DNA of 64,000 nt from Candidatus Micrarchaeota archaeon (GCA_021799635.1 JAJZAB010000001.1:158505-222504); one strand, 5' to 3'. Counted from the first letter of the stretch, positions 8,647 through 18,543 are shown. Notes: generated by a model from the sequence alone, not told the origin. A program made the numbers and translations.

Positions 8647-9420
8647 CTAACCACTTTCCACTGATTTGAAATATGTATAAAGCATAAAAAGCACTATTAT
8701 GGCACCTATCACTATGTATGTAAATATGCCAAGCTTGGTGTACACCGCCTTGAAAAATGCCTCTACTTCTGCCGGTATGCTTTGCTTTATAACAAAAACC
8801 AGCGTAAATTTTGATAGTGGTTCTTGATATAGCCATGAAACTTGGGTAACGTTTGCGTAATCGCTGGCAAATGCACCGGAAGGTATATCTGGCGTAGGGA
8901 ATATTGTACTTATTTTTGATCCCGAAGGCAGGATTATGGTAAGGGTGGTGTTTGGGTTGAGAACAACTCCACTTGCGCCGTGTTCAAAGTTTAGCACGTT
9001 CGGATTAAAGGAATATATAAATGTTCGCGGGGCAGATTGCGTAACGGTTGTCACGTTCATAACGTCGTATGACATAAGCAGTTGCGCCTGCTCTTGCCCG
9101 GTTATCGATAATTTTGGGGGGCCAGGCAGGAACTTAAAATTGTATACGCCGTTCTTCGGATTTATTATGTGCTGTGAGAGAAGAGGTCCTATAAGCGCTT
9201 GCCAATTGCTTAGGGTAAGATTGAGGTCTGCTCTATCATTCGCATACTGGCTTATAGAAACGTTGCTTATGTTTATGGTAAGTATTTCCCTAACGCTGGC
9301 ACTATTGTTCAAATTAAGCGTGACTGTTGTGTTGAGGTGAGTTACAGAGTAGGATGCGTATGATATTTGTGATACAAATAGCATAAAAACTGCGGTCAAA
9401 ATGACTTGGTTGCGTAGCAA
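8647..9420 (-). CDS. secreted, C-terminally membrane-anchored protein rich in N-glycosylation sequons
   Basis: N-terminal signal-like segment ILTAVFMLFVSQISYA and C-terminal TM segment LGIFTYIVIGAIIVLFMLY. At least 8 NxS/T sequons. Its stop codon abuts the pheS start. Confidence 0.55.
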   Translation of the reverse strand: MLRNQVILTAVFMLFVSQISYASYSVTHLNTTVTLNLNNSASVREILTINISNVSISQYANDRADLNLTLSNWQALIGPLLSQHIINPKNGVYNFKFLPGPPKLSITGQEQAQLLMSYDVMNVTTVTQSAPRTFIYSFNPNVLNFEHGASGVVLNPNTTLTIILPSGSKISTIFPTPDIPSGAFASDYANVTQVSWLYQEPLSKFTLVFVIKQSIPAEVEAFFKAVYTKLGIFTYIVIGAIIVLFMLYTYFKSVESG

Positions 9421-9534
9421 GCCCTCACCCGTCTTAATTTTTATGCAAAGTATTTAGACCTATTGTTTGGGCGTGGGGAGGGTAGTTCTTATGGTATTAA
9501 ATATCTTTATAACTAATAAAAATCGTGTGATTAT

Positions 9535-9951
9535 ATGATAACAGGATTTACAATATCTAAAGTTGAAGGTAGGGTAGACTCCATTGATGCGCTAGCGAAG
9601 CAGCGATTCCCGAAGCTGAACTACAATATAGATAGCCTTAGCGGCGCGGCTGAAAAGATAAAGATAAACTATGAATTTTCGGCAACTTATTTTGACAGCG
9701 ATGCTAAGGAGGCTAAAAGCATTGGGGAGCTGAAACTATCCGGTGCTGTTGAAATAAAAGAAACAAAGGAGAACGTCTCGAGCATAGTAAAGAAGTGGAA
9801 TGAGTCACACTTGCTGCCGCCACAGCTTGCTGAAGAGATACTTAATAGCCTTAACTTCAGGTGCGGCGCCACTGGCACCCTTGTAGCTTACTCATTAGGT
9901 CTTATCCCGCCTTTGGTTATAAGCACTACGAAGATAGAGGAAAAGAAATAA
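9535..9951 (+). CDS. hypothetical protein
   Basis: 138-aa ATG ORF in an otherwise empty interval, preceded by an AT-rich promoter-like stretch. No family recognised. Confidence 0.45.
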   Translation: MITGFTISKVEGRVDSIDALAKQRFPKLNYNIDSLSGAAEKIKINYEFSATYFDSDAKEAKSIGELKLSGAVEIKETKENVSSIVKKWNESHLLPPQLAEEILNSLNFRCGATGTLVAYSLGLIPPLVISTTKIEEKK

Positions 9952-10033
9952 CTGCCACTCAAACCGTTTCGGCATAGCCTTGGAGGGGTTGGTACTTCGG
10001 CTCTTTGAGGTTACTTTACAAGGTGCATCCGTA

Positions 10034-12448
10034 ATGATCATAGAAGGTGCAGTAATAGACGTAGACTATCTGATAAGGAACAATTCAGCGCTTATAAGGT
10101 TGACGGTCAAGGGAGTTGATGGCGGATCCTACGAAGTTTTTGATAGTAGGTTTATGCCGTACTTCTATCTTTTGGCTGATGAGAAGGCCGGAATTGATAG
10201 AATATCAGACCTATCGTCATTCAATGATGGACAGGTGATAAAGCCTTTGCGTGTTGAAGAATGCGAGATGACATTAGCTGGAAAAAGAGTAAAGATGTTC
10301 AAAGTATTTGCCCAAAACCCGATGCACATACCAAAATTAAGCTCGGCGGCAAAGCAGTACGGCACTTGCTACGAGTATGACATACCATTTGCAAAGAGAT
10401 ACTTGCTGGATAACGACATAATCCCTTTGTCAAATTACAATATAACAGTTGATAGGGATGCTGATGGAAAGTTGGTGCTGAAATCCATGAGCGGGCGTGG
10501 CGATCCGTTCAATAACAAGCTCAACACAATGTGCTTCGACATAGAGGTTTACAACCCCCTTGGCGTACCTAGGGCAGATAAAGACCCGGTGATAATGATA
10601 AGCTATTCCTACAGGTCTAACGGCGCAGAGGGGAGCAGGGTAATTACATATAAGCGGATTGATGAGAACTTCGTGGATTATGTGAAAGATGAGAAAGAGC
10701 TTTTTGCAAAATTTGTCGGGAAGGTTAAAGAACTGGATATAGACCTGATAAGCGGATATAATTCGGCGAACTTCGACATAAGATACATGATTGAGAGGGC
10801 GAAGTTTTTGGGCATAGATTTTAACCTGAGCCGGTATGTTGGTGAAACAAAGCTTGAGAGGCACGGTTTGGTAGACAGAGTGAAGATTGCTGGTAGAGTC
10901 CACATTGACATGTACCTGGTTATAAAATTTATAGCCGTTGTCACTGCCTCCGATAGCACGCTGAAGAATACCTTGAAGGATGTTTACGAGGCGATAAGCG
11001 GCGATAAGAAGACAAATGTTGATAAGCTGAAGATCTATGAGATGTGGGACGGCGGAGAAGAACCGCTCAGGGCTTTGGCAGTTTATAACCTCAGCGACTC
11101 CCATGCGCTCCAGAAAGTATTTGACATGTTCATGCCCTTAGTTATAGAGCTTGCCAGAACAACTGGAGATATGCTCAGCGACGCTTCAGTCTCCACAACA
11201 GGCCAGCTTGTGGATTACCTTCTTATGAGATACTCTGTGAGGGCCGGGGAGATAATACCAAATAAGCCGGATGATTTGGAGATAAAAAGAAGAGCAGAAA
11301 ATCCGATTGAGGGGGCGTATGTAAAGACCCCAGAGCCAGGCATATACAGCAACCTGGTTGTATTTGACTTTAGGGGGTTATACCCATCAATAATAATATC
11401 GTACAACATTGATCCAACCACCATATGCACAGATTGTAAAGATTATTACGAATCCCCTATTGGGATAAAGTTCGACAAGAAGAGAGTAGGAGTAATGCCC
11501 CTCATCCTAAAGCTTCTGATAGACCAGCGGGCAAGTGTTAAAAAGCTTTATAGGGAGAATCCAAATGATACGTATCTCGGGTCGCGTTCACAGGCACTGA
11601 AAATACTTTCAAACTCGTTCTACGGATATCTGGGCTATGCAAGGTCAAGGTGGTATAGCAGGAACGGGGCTGCCAGCGTTACAGCTTACGGCAGGCAATA
11701 TATAAAGGAGGCAATAGCATCTGCTGAAAACAACGGGTTCAAGGTAATATACGGCGATACTGATTCATTGGTCTTCCTGCGAGGTAATAAAAGCAAGGAT
11801 GATGCAATTAATTTTCTGAAGTCATACAATTCAAAGCTTCCAGAAAGCATGGAGCTTGAGCTTGAGGATTTTTACAGGAGAGGCGTATTTGTTGGGAAGA
11901 GATCAGACAAAGGAGTATCTGGAGCCAAGAAAAAATATGCGCTGATAGCTGAAAACGGAAAGATAAAGATAAGGGGGTTTGAGCTTGTAAGAAGAGATTG
12001 GTCAAAGCTGGCTAGGGATACACAGAGGCTGGTGCTTGAGGCGATACTTGAGTATGGGAGTAAAGAAAAGGCAGCAGATATAGTTAGAGATGCTGTAAAA
12101 AAGCTTCGGGAGGGAAAGGTAAATATCCATGACCTGGCTATAAGCACGCAGCTGAGGAAAAGCATTGACAGCTATGACGCCAAGTCTCCGGAGCTTGGAG
12201 CGGCAAAGAAAGCCGTTAAAAGAGGATTGAAGAAGAAGGAGGAGTTGGAGCATGCCATTATAAGTTATGTGATAACTAAACATGGATCTACTATATCAGA
12301 CAAAGCGGAGCTTGAGGAGTTTGCCAAGGACTATGACCCTGGTTACTACATAAACAATCAGGTTATACCGGCCACGATGAAGATACTAAAGGAGCTCAAC
12401 TTCAGCGAAGAAGACTTAAAGGGCGTTGGCTCCCAAAAGAAACTGTGA
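10034..12448 (+). CDS. polB: DNA polymerase, family B
   Basis: Exo I FDIEV, Pol motif A DFRGLYPSIIISYN, motif B SNSFYGYLGY, motif C YGDTDS. The ORF opens at TTG 9980; ATG at 10034 (MIIEGAVIDVDY) preferred. No intein-sized insertion. Confidence 0.9.
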   Translation: MIIEGAVIDVDYLIRNNSALIRLTVKGVDGGSYEVFDSRFMPYFYLLADEKAGIDRISDLSSFNDGQVIKPLRVEECEMTLAGKRVKMFKVFAQNPMHIPKLSSAAKQYGTCYEYDIPFAKRYLLDNDIIPLSNYNITVDRDADGKLVLKSMSGRGDPFNNKLNTMCFDIEVYNPLGVPRADKDPVIMISYSYRSNGAEGSRVITYKRIDENFVDYVKDEKELFAKFVGKVKELDIDLISGYNSANFDIRYMIERAKFLGIDFNLSRYVGETKLERHGLVDRVKIAGRVHIDMYLVIKFIAVVTASDSTLKNTLKDVYEAISGDKKTNVDKLKIYEMWDGGEEPLRALAVYNLSDSHALQKVFDMFMPLVIELARTTGDMLSDASVSTTGQLVDYLLMRYSVRAGEIIPNKPDDLEIKRRAENPIEGAYVKTPEPGIYSNLVVFDFRGLYPSIIISYNIDPTTICTDCKDYYESPIGIKFDKKRVGVMPLILKLLIDQRASVKKLYRENPNDTYLGSRSQALKILSNSFYGYLGYARSRWYSRNGAASVTAYGRQYIKEAIASAENNGFKVIYGDTDSLVFLRGNKSKDDAINFLKSYNSKLPESMELELEDFYRRGVFVGKRSDKGVSGAKKKYALIAENGKIKIRGFELVRRDWSKLARDTQRLVLEAILEYGSKEKAADIVRDAVKKLREGKVNIHDLAISTQLRKSIDSYDAKSPELGAAKKAVKRGLKKKEELEHAIISYVITKHGSTISDKAELEEFAKDYDPGYYINNQVIPATMKILKELNFSEEDLKGVGSQKKL

Positions 12449-12452
12449 TGCT

Positions 12453-13364
12453 ATGGAAAATACTAAAATAGGGCAGGAGAATGCGGAGATGCTACGTGAG
12501 GTAGGAAAGGCTTCGTACAGAGCGTTGCTTGAGGCAAAATCAGGCATAAGGCCAGGGAGGAAGCTAATTGACGTGGCTTGCGATGTTGAGAAATATTTAA
12601 AGGAGAGTGGTTACGGGATGGCTTTTCCTATAAATTTGTCTATAGGAACGCAGGCGGCGCACTACACTCCATCCGTAGCCGACGAAAAGGTGTTTGGGGA
12701 GGGAGATGTGATAAAGGTTGATTTTGGGGCAGAAAAACAAGGTATACTTGGGGACTGCGCGCTCACGATGGATTTGTCTGGAAATTACCAGAAACTTGTT
12801 GAGGCAACCGACCTCGCGCTCCAAAACGCCATATCAATAGTTAAAAGTGGCGTAAAGGTAAGTGCGGTTGGTATAGAGATAGGAAAAACCATCAGGTCAA
12901 TGGGTTTTGAGCCGATAAAGAATCTTGGTGGCCACAGTGTGGAAAAACACTCCCTCCATTCTAACATATTTATACCAAACTACGATAATAAGGATGAAAC
13001 AGAGCTTGAAGAAGGGCAGGTAATTGCCATAGAGCCGTTCGCAACAGATGGCGCTGGTTTTGTAACTGAAAGTGATATATGTGACATCTTCAGCTTTGGC
13101 CAAAGCGTAGGTGTTAGGTCTAGCGACGCTAGACTCCTTCTAAAGCACATCGAGTCTAATTACCCCTCAGAACCTTTTGCTGCCAGATGGCTGGTTGGTG
13201 TTTTAGAATCTGATTTCAGGCTTTATGCTGCAATCGCTGAGCTGTGCAGGGCAGAGGCTCTTGTCAGGTATCCTACGCTTATGGAAACCAGCAAGGGCAT
13301 TGTTGCGCAGTCTGAAGTTGAGGTATTAGTAGGCAAGGATAGTTGTGAAGTGCTGACAAAATAG
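12453..13364 (+). CDS. map: methionine aminopeptidase, type 2 (archaeal)
   Basis: Pita-bread motifs (DVIKVDFGA, GHSV, IAIEPFAT, AQSEVEVLV). ATG at 12453 lies 5 nt after the polB stop; the listed 12426 start overlaps polB. Confidence 0.9.
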   Translation: MENTKIGQENAEMLREVGKASYRALLEAKSGIRPGRKLIDVACDVEKYLKESGYGMAFPINLSIGTQAAHYTPSVADEKVFGEGDVIKVDFGAEKQGILGDCALTMDLSGNYQKLVEATDLALQNAISIVKSGVKVSAVGIEIGKTIRSMGFEPIKNLGGHSVEKHSLHSNIFIPNYDNKDETELEEGQVIAIEPFATDGAGFVTESDICDIFSFGQSVGVRSSDARLLLKHIESNYPSEPFAARWLVGVLESDFRLYAAIAELCRAEALVRYPTLMETSKGIVAQSEVEVLVGKDSCEVLTK

Positions 13365-13396
13365 GTTACTACGCCGAATGCACGGTTGCGGAATGC

Positions 13397-15685
13397 TCAT
13401 TCGCATAGGCTGTGGCCGCACTTTGGGCAGGTAAAGCATCCGGATGCCGATATCATTACTGTTGTGCACTCCGGGCACCTTACGTCATGCTTTGATGATA
13501 TTACGTAGCTGCCTGCAGCTTCTTTTATGGTTGCTATGCTCATGCCGTTCGTTTCCTGCTTCTGTTCTGCGTGCCTTTTTTTAATCTCAGCAAAATTATC
13601 GATGCGGCGCTGCTGATCCTTGTCCAAAGCCTGCAGTACCTGCGTGCTCTTGCTGCTGTCCCTATAAACGGTTATGCCTTTGCAGTCTGTATCATAAGCA
13701 AGCTTGTACGCATTTTCTATATCGCGCGGAGTCGCCCAGCTTGGGAAGTTTATTGTCTTTGATACTCCATTGTCTACATACTTCTGGAAAGCGGCCTGCA
13801 TTTTCACATGCCATTCCGGGGATATGTCATACGCAGTTACGAAAAGTTTCCTTTCATGCTCTGGTATCTCATCTACGTCCTGTATTGATACCTTGCCTGC
13901 TAGCTTTTTCATCAACTCTTCAGAATAGTATCCGTTCTCGAGAGACTTTCTCTCGAACTCGTTGTTCACTTCTATCAGGTTGTATCCAAGGCTTTCGTGT
14001 ACATTCCTCATATACACAACTGAGAATATCGGTTCTATGCCTTGCGATGTCCCCCCCGCTATTATGCTTATTGTGCCTGTTGGTGCTATCGTTGTAACAG
14101 TGGAGTTTCTAAGCGGTTTGTAGCCAAGCTTATACCATATGCTGTCCTTGAATGCTGGGAACGGGCCGCGCTCCTCAGCAAGCTCCTGGTCCATCTTTCT
14201 GCCGTTTTCGGAAATGAAGGACATGACCTGCTCTGCCAGCAGCAAAGCCTCGTTGCTGTTGTAGCGTATGTTGAGTTTAATCAGCATGTCTGCCCAGCCC
14301 ATAACCCCCAATCCTATCCTTCTTATCTGCTTAACTATCTCTTCTATCTGCGGCAGCGGATAAACGTTCGCATCGATTACGTCATCCAGAAACCGCACCC
14401 CAAGCCTTGTAACCCTTTTCAGTTCCTCCCAATCGACTTCAAATTTATGGTCAACCTGCTTTACCATATTTGCTAGGTTTATTGAGCCTAAGTTGCATGC
14501 ATCGAAAGGATACAGGGGCTGCTCACCGCACGGATTGGTGGATTCTATTGGGCCAAATTTCGGCACAGGGTTCGAGAAGCTTGAGTTTATTCTGTCAAGG
14601 AATACCAGGCCTGGGTCACCTGTCTTCCATGCCATTGTGACTATGAGATTCCACACCGCTCTTGCATTCAGCTTGCCTACCGGCTTTTTGGTCCTCGGAT
14701 TGATTATGTTGTAATCACGGTTTTCGCTGAGCGCCTTCATGAATTCCTCCGTAATGGCAACAGATATGTTAAAGTTCTTTAAAATATCCTCATTCTCCTT
14801 CAGCATTATGAAGTCAAGTATATCCGGATGGTCTATCCTTAGTATGCCCATGTTGGCACCGCGGCGCTTGCCTCCTTGCTTTACCTGTTCGGTCGCAGCG
14901 TCGAATATCTTCATGAATGATATCGGGCCTGATGCCATACCTCCTGTTGATTTTACAAAATCGTTGGCTGGCCTCAATCTGGAGAAAGCAAAGCCTGTGC
15001 CACCACCGCTTTTGTGGATTATCGCTGTATACTTTATAGCATCGAATATGCCTTCTATTGAATCTTCGACAGGCAGCACGAAGCACGCGCTGAGCTGCCC
15101 TGCGGCCGTCCCTGCGTTCATAAGGGTCGGTGAATTTGGCATAAACTTAAACGATGTCATTGCATCTAAGAATTCCTTTGATATAGAATCCAACTGTTCT
15201 TTTGTTTTGCCGAACTTCCCTTCAACGCCAGCCACATGCCTGGCGACTCTATCAAACAGCTGTTTTGGTGTTTCTATCACTTTGATATTTTCATCCTTTA
15301 TCAGATACCTAGCAGCTAGAACCATCAAACTGTTTATCGGCATCTTGAGGTCGTCATCTTTTATTCCCAGGGATTCTTTGAATGCCCTTACCTCCGCCCT
15401 TTTGTGCCTATAGAGTATATAACATTTTGCTACGGCGGAGTCGACTTCCATTAGGGTCTTTTCTACCATATCCTGCACCTCTTCCACGTGCAGTTCCTCC
15501 CTATTAAGAGAGTTGATGTTTTCTACTACTCGCTTTGCTATTCCGGTAGATTCCTTCAACGTTTCTTCCTTCGGCCTTTCCATGTAGACGTTAGAAAATG
15601 CCTTGTTTATGGCAGTTACTATTTTGTCCTCATTGAAAGCAGCTCTATTCCCATTCCTTTTTATAACCTGTTTGGCCGCCACCAT
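13397..15685 (-). CDS. nrdJ: ribonucleotide reductase, class II (adenosylcobalamin-dependent), with ATP-cone and C-terminal zinc ribbon
   Basis: ATP-cone VIKRNGNRAAFNEDKI. Active-site region NPCGEQPL. C-terminal CPEC...CPKC. 762 aa, no intein. Confidence 0.9.
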   Translation of the reverse strand: MVAAKQVIKRNGNRAAFNEDKIVTAINKAFSNVYMERPKEETLKESTGIAKRVVENINSLNREELHVEEVQDMVEKTLMEVDSAVAKCYILYRHKRAEVRAFKESLGIKDDDLKMPINSLMVLAARYLIKDENIKVIETPKQLFDRVARHVAGVEGKFGKTKEQLDSISKEFLDAMTSFKFMPNSPTLMNAGTAAGQLSACFVLPVEDSIEGIFDAIKYTAIIHKSGGGTGFAFSRLRPANDFVKSTGGMASGPISFMKIFDAATEQVKQGGKRRGANMGILRIDHPDILDFIMLKENEDILKNFNISVAITEEFMKALSENRDYNIINPRTKKPVGKLNARAVWNLIVTMAWKTGDPGLVFLDRINSSFSNPVPKFGPIESTNPCGEQPLYPFDACNLGSINLANMVKQVDHKFEVDWEELKRVTRLGVRFLDDVIDANVYPLPQIEEIVKQIRRIGLGVMGWADMLIKLNIRYNSNEALLLAEQVMSFISENGRKMDQELAEERGPFPAFKDSIWYKLGYKPLRNSTVTTIAPTGTISIIAGGTSQGIEPIFSVVYMRNVHESLGYNLIEVNNEFERKSLENGYYSEELMKKLAGKVSIQDVDEIPEHERKLFVTAYDISPEWHVKMQAAFQKYVDNGVSKTINFPSWATPRDIENAYKLAYDTDCKGITVYRDSSKSTQVLQALDKDQQRRIDNFAEIKKRHAEQKQETNGMSIATIKEAAGSYVISSKHDVRCPECTTVMISASGCFTCPKCGHSLCE

Positions 15686-15882
15686 TTCACCCCAATTTTA
15701 AATTAGAAATTTATTGCAACGTATAGTTGTGATAAAAATATTAAAAATAAGATTTATAAATCATTACAACATACTGCGTATCTTATTGTATTCATCAGCT
15801 TATCGCTGTGTTATTAAAGCTTTCTTTTTTTGATAAACTTTTACCTCATCAATAGATTTAATAGATATTTGTATCTGTTTTT

Positions 15883-16317
15883 TCAGGCTTTCTTGTACGT
15901 AATTTCAACGTCGTCACAAGCCTCCATGAACTCCTCTTTCATCTCCTGCCATACCATCTTGTACATGGAGTGATTGTGCGGTTCTACGGCGTAGAATAGC
16001 CAGCTTGAAAACGCGTTGTCTGAAATATCTTTATTTATGACCTCGCTTATGTCTGCTGCGCTTATGGTCTTCCATCTTGAAAAAAGCGCCTGTCTGTATT
16101 CTTCGCGAACTTCTGGCCTGCCGAGGTTTGCGGGGTTTTCTGTTATTATGTTGTGGGTCTGCCAAGCCTGGCTTGATGAGAACGATGCAATTAGCACTGC
16201 CATTACCTTTGTCCTCTTTTCTTCCTCGGTCTGGTCGTTGGTTCCGTTGCTGATTGTTATTTTGTGAATCTTGGTTGCGAGAACGTCATATTTTGTTATG
16301 TTATGCTTTAATGGCAT
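15883..16317 (-). CDS. hypothetical protein
   Basis: 144-aa ATG ORF flanked by AT-rich intergenic DNA. No family recognised. Confidence 0.45.
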   Translation of the reverse strand: MPLKHNITKYDVLATKIHKITISNGTNDQTEEEKRTKVMAVLIASFSSSQAWQTHNIITENPANLGRPEVREEYRQALFSRWKTISAADISEVINKDISDNAFSSWLFYAVEPHNHSMYKMVWQEMKEEFMEACDDVEITYKKA

Positions 16318-16482
16318 ATTTTTTGGCCTCCAATTTTATTAACGCCGTTTGCATTAATTACTCTTTAAGGCTTACATCCACTTATTATCTTTATAAAGAA
16401 GAATTTAAAAGCATATAAGTTTAATTACTAATTAATTGTTTGGTCTTTTATATTTGTTTTTATACATTTATGACCAAAAATA

Positions 16483-16908
16483 ATGGTTGTTGCAATGGCA
16501 CTTTTCAACATTTTCGGAAAAAAAGACGTAAGCTCAGAACTTACCAGAAATTTCCCTTATAGACTTTTCACTGAATGGATACCATACAAACTTTACTCCA
16601 ACAAAAATAATTCCTGCACCCTAAATGTAAAGATAAAGAACCTGACAAAGGAGACGCTTCTTACATCAATAGTAGCTGAGCTGCCCGACCCTCTCGGGTT
16701 TGATCAGACCGGTATATCGAAGCAGCGTGAGGTAAGGATAGGTGAGGTGGCACCTGGGGATGAAAGGGAAGTGGGAATAGAGGTATTTGGCAATGTAAAC
16801 TCTGACCCGGGAGAGTATACAGTTACGCTCACCGCAATAGCACACTACAGGGACTACGGTCATATAATTAATGCTGTAAAGAAGAGGACTTCGCTGCAAG
16901 TGGTATGA
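16483..16908 (+). CDS. hypothetical protein, probable beta-sandwich (CARDB/DUF11-like) fold, no signal peptide
   Basis: 141 aa with alternating beta-pattern (CTLNVKIKNLT..., EVGIEVFGNV..PGEYTVTLTAIAHY). Fold assignment is weak. Confidence 0.45.
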   Translation: MVVAMALFNIFGKKDVSSELTRNFPYRLFTEWIPYKLYSNKNNSCTLNVKIKNLTKETLLTSIVAELPDPLGFDQTGISKQREVRIGEVAPGDEREVGIEVFGNVNSDPGEYTVTLTAIAHYRDYGHIINAVKKRTSLQVV

Positions 16909-16911
16909 GCC

Positions 16912-17250
16912 CTATTTGCGCTGCTCCTGCTGGGATGCCTGCTGCTCTCCCTGCTGCACGGTGGATGAGTTTATTATGGTATATATTCCAGATATCATGT
17001 CTGCTAGCTGCACACCCTTGTCAGTAAGTTTTACGACCTTAATTTTGCCGTGCTTTTCACTTTTTATTATTCCCATGCTCTCACATGAGGATATGAAATT
17101 GCAGGTGTGCACGTAGGTGGTATTTGTTGCCTTTGCCAGCGATGATATGTACCATTCCTGGCCACTGCCCCTCAGTGAAAGCAGTATTTTTGCCTGCTTG
17201 TCCTTGAATATTATGCCCTTGTTTTCCTGCTGCTTTTGTTCTGCCATCAC
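16912..17250 (-). CDS. winged-helix DNA-binding protein (MarR/TrmB-like) with Q-rich tail
   Basis: 112 aa with an HTH-wing pattern ISSLAKATNTTYVHTCNFISSCESMGIIKSEKHGKIKVVKLTDKG. Confidence 0.55.
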   Translation of the reverse strand: MMAEQKQQENKGIIFKDKQAKILLSLRGSGQEWYISSLAKATNTTYVHTCNFISSCESMGIIKSEKHGKIKVVKLTDKGVQLADMISGIYTIINSSTVQQGEQQASQQEQRK

Positions 17251-17385
17251 ATCATTATTTATTGGTGGGATTAGGTATAAATAGTAATATTCGCTTTATT
17301 GCGCGTGTCGCTACATATCTAGCACAAAACATAAAGGTATTAATAGTTTCTGTAAGAATCTTTAAGTGCGACTAGAGGTGTCAGC

Positions 17386-17637
17386 ATGGTAAAATATATC
17401 ATTGCAAATCAGTTGGTAGGGAAGCGCATAGTAACTAGTGATGGATACGACCTTGGAAGGTTTGTAGATGCGGAGATAAGCGATGTAACAGGGAAGATAA
17501 ACACAATACTTGTTGAACCCAGCCTTGATGGAGGCCTGGCAAACAAGGTGAAAGTAGACAGCGGAACGGTTAGGGTTCCTTACGCAGCGGTAAAGGCTGT
17601 CAATGACTTTATAGTTGTTGATAGGAAGGAAATCTGA
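17386..17637 (+). CDS. PRC-barrel domain protein
   Basis: 83 aa. LVGKRIVTSDGYDLGRFVDAEISDVTGKINTILVEP is typical of archaeal PRC-barrel proteins. Confidence 0.6.
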   Translation: MVKYIIANQLVGKRIVTSDGYDLGRFVDAEISDVTGKINTILVEPSLDGGLANKVKVDSGTVRVPYAAVKAVNDFIVVDRKEI

Positions 17638-17696
17638 TCTGTCTTCCATACGTGGGCTTCTGCTGCGCGTGAATCAGTTGCCTTTGTGCTGTACTG

Positions 17697-18401
17697 GTGA
17701 TAGTTATTATCATTTGCGGTGGCGATGAAGCTGGTAGAGGTGCGTTAATAGGTCCTCTAGTCATAGCTATGATTTCGGTGAAAAATAATTTTGAGCGCAA
17801 ATTAGCCGACATAGGGGTTAGGGATTCCAAACTGCTTTCTAGAAGAAAGAGAGAGAGCCTTTACGGTATGATATTCAAAATCGCTACAGAGGTAAAGGTT
17901 GACAAGATATATCCAAATGAAATAAATGAAGCTATGAAGACAGGTATATCTTTAAACGAGCTGGAAGCGGTGCACTTCGCAAAGCTTTTTGACAGTATGA
18001 AAAGCACAGTAAATACCTTATATCTTGATTCTCCCGATGTGATTGCCGAGAAGTTTGGCATAAGGGTCAATATGTCAAGCATGAAACCGACTAAGATAGT
18101 AGGGATTGGGCAAAAAAGGGTCAGGGGGGTGACTTATACAAAGATTGTATCACAGCACAAAGCAGATTCCAGATACCCAGTAGTATCTGCTGCAAGCATA
18201 ATCGCTAAGGTAGAGAGGGACAATGAGATAGAGAGGATAGGCGAGGAACTGGGCATAGACATAGGGTCGGGGTATCCTGCAGATTCCTATACCATAAGCG
18301 CCATCCGGGAGAATATGGGCAACGAAGCGCTTAAGCGGCACGTCAGGGAATACTGGCAGACAATGAGGAACATAAAACAGACAAGATTGACAAACTTTTG
18401 A
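17697..18401 (+). CDS. rnhB: ribonuclease HII
   Basis: N-terminal GGDEAGRGALIGPLV (DEAGRG catalytic motif), DSK, ADSRYPVVSAASIIAK. GTG start. Confidence 0.85.
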   Translation: MIVIIICGGDEAGRGALIGPLVIAMISVKNNFERKLADIGVRDSKLLSRRKRESLYGMIFKIATEVKVDKIYPNEINEAMKTGISLNELEAVHFAKLFDSMKSTVNTLYLDSPDVIAEKFGIRVNMSSMKPTKIVGIGQKRVRGVTYTKIVSQHKADSRYPVVSAASIIAKVERDNEIERIGEELGIDIGSGYPADSYTISAIRENMGNEALKRHVREYWQTMRNIKQTRLTNF

Positions 18402-18441
18402 AATATGCTAGTGCTATATTGCTTTCTTTTTATATATTAAT

Positions 18442-18543
18442 GGATCTGTGGCGCAACTTGGATAGCGCGCCGGGCTTCGGACCCGGATGTTGCGGGTTCA
18501 AAATAGACCATTTTGGAAGTCTATGAAATTCCCGCCAGATCCA
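18442..18543 (+). tRNA. tRNA-Arg (anticodon TCG) with a 27-nt intron in the T-loop
   Basis: Acceptor GGATCTG/CAGATCC+A, D-arm GCGC/GCGC, anticodon arm CCGGG-CTTCGGA-CCCGG, T-stem GCGGG/CCCGC. The cloverleaf (75 nt) closes only after removing 18503-18529. Confidence 0.85.
18503..18529 (+). other. tRNA intron (non-canonical position about 59/60) within a bulge-helix-bulge motif
   Basis: Central 4-bp helix TTCA(18497-18500)/TGAA(18524-18527). 3-nt bulges AAA(18501-18503) and ATT(18528-18530). Inner helix TAGAC/GTCTA, outer helix is the T-stem. Excision leaves T-loop TTCAAAT. Confidence 0.75.

Noticed and set aside
10430-11104. 224-aa minus-strand ORF inside polB. Similar long antisense ORFs occur at 14739-15413 (nrdJ), 41778-42395 (EF-2), 34953-35612 (polX), 56872-57651 (sufB), 59432-60115 (sufC) and 48288-48875 (smc).
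   Set aside because: All are embedded antisense in genes with unambiguous family motifs. Their compositions are Ser/Leu/Phe-rich mirror images, and none has a recognisable domain.
15780-15880. Two TGATGA motifs on the minus strand in the AT-rich spacer upstream of nrdJ; also TTGATGA at about 49007
   Set aside because: No CUGA is present 12 nt downstream of either motif, so the C/D architecture is absent.
15686-16482. Two AT-rich intergenic regions (15686-15882, 16318-16482) near many replication genes, considered as a replication origin
   Set aside because: There are no repeated ORB-like elements or inverted mini-ORBs, and no cdc6/orc1 gene nearby. The AT-richness is adequately explained by divergent and tandem promoters.
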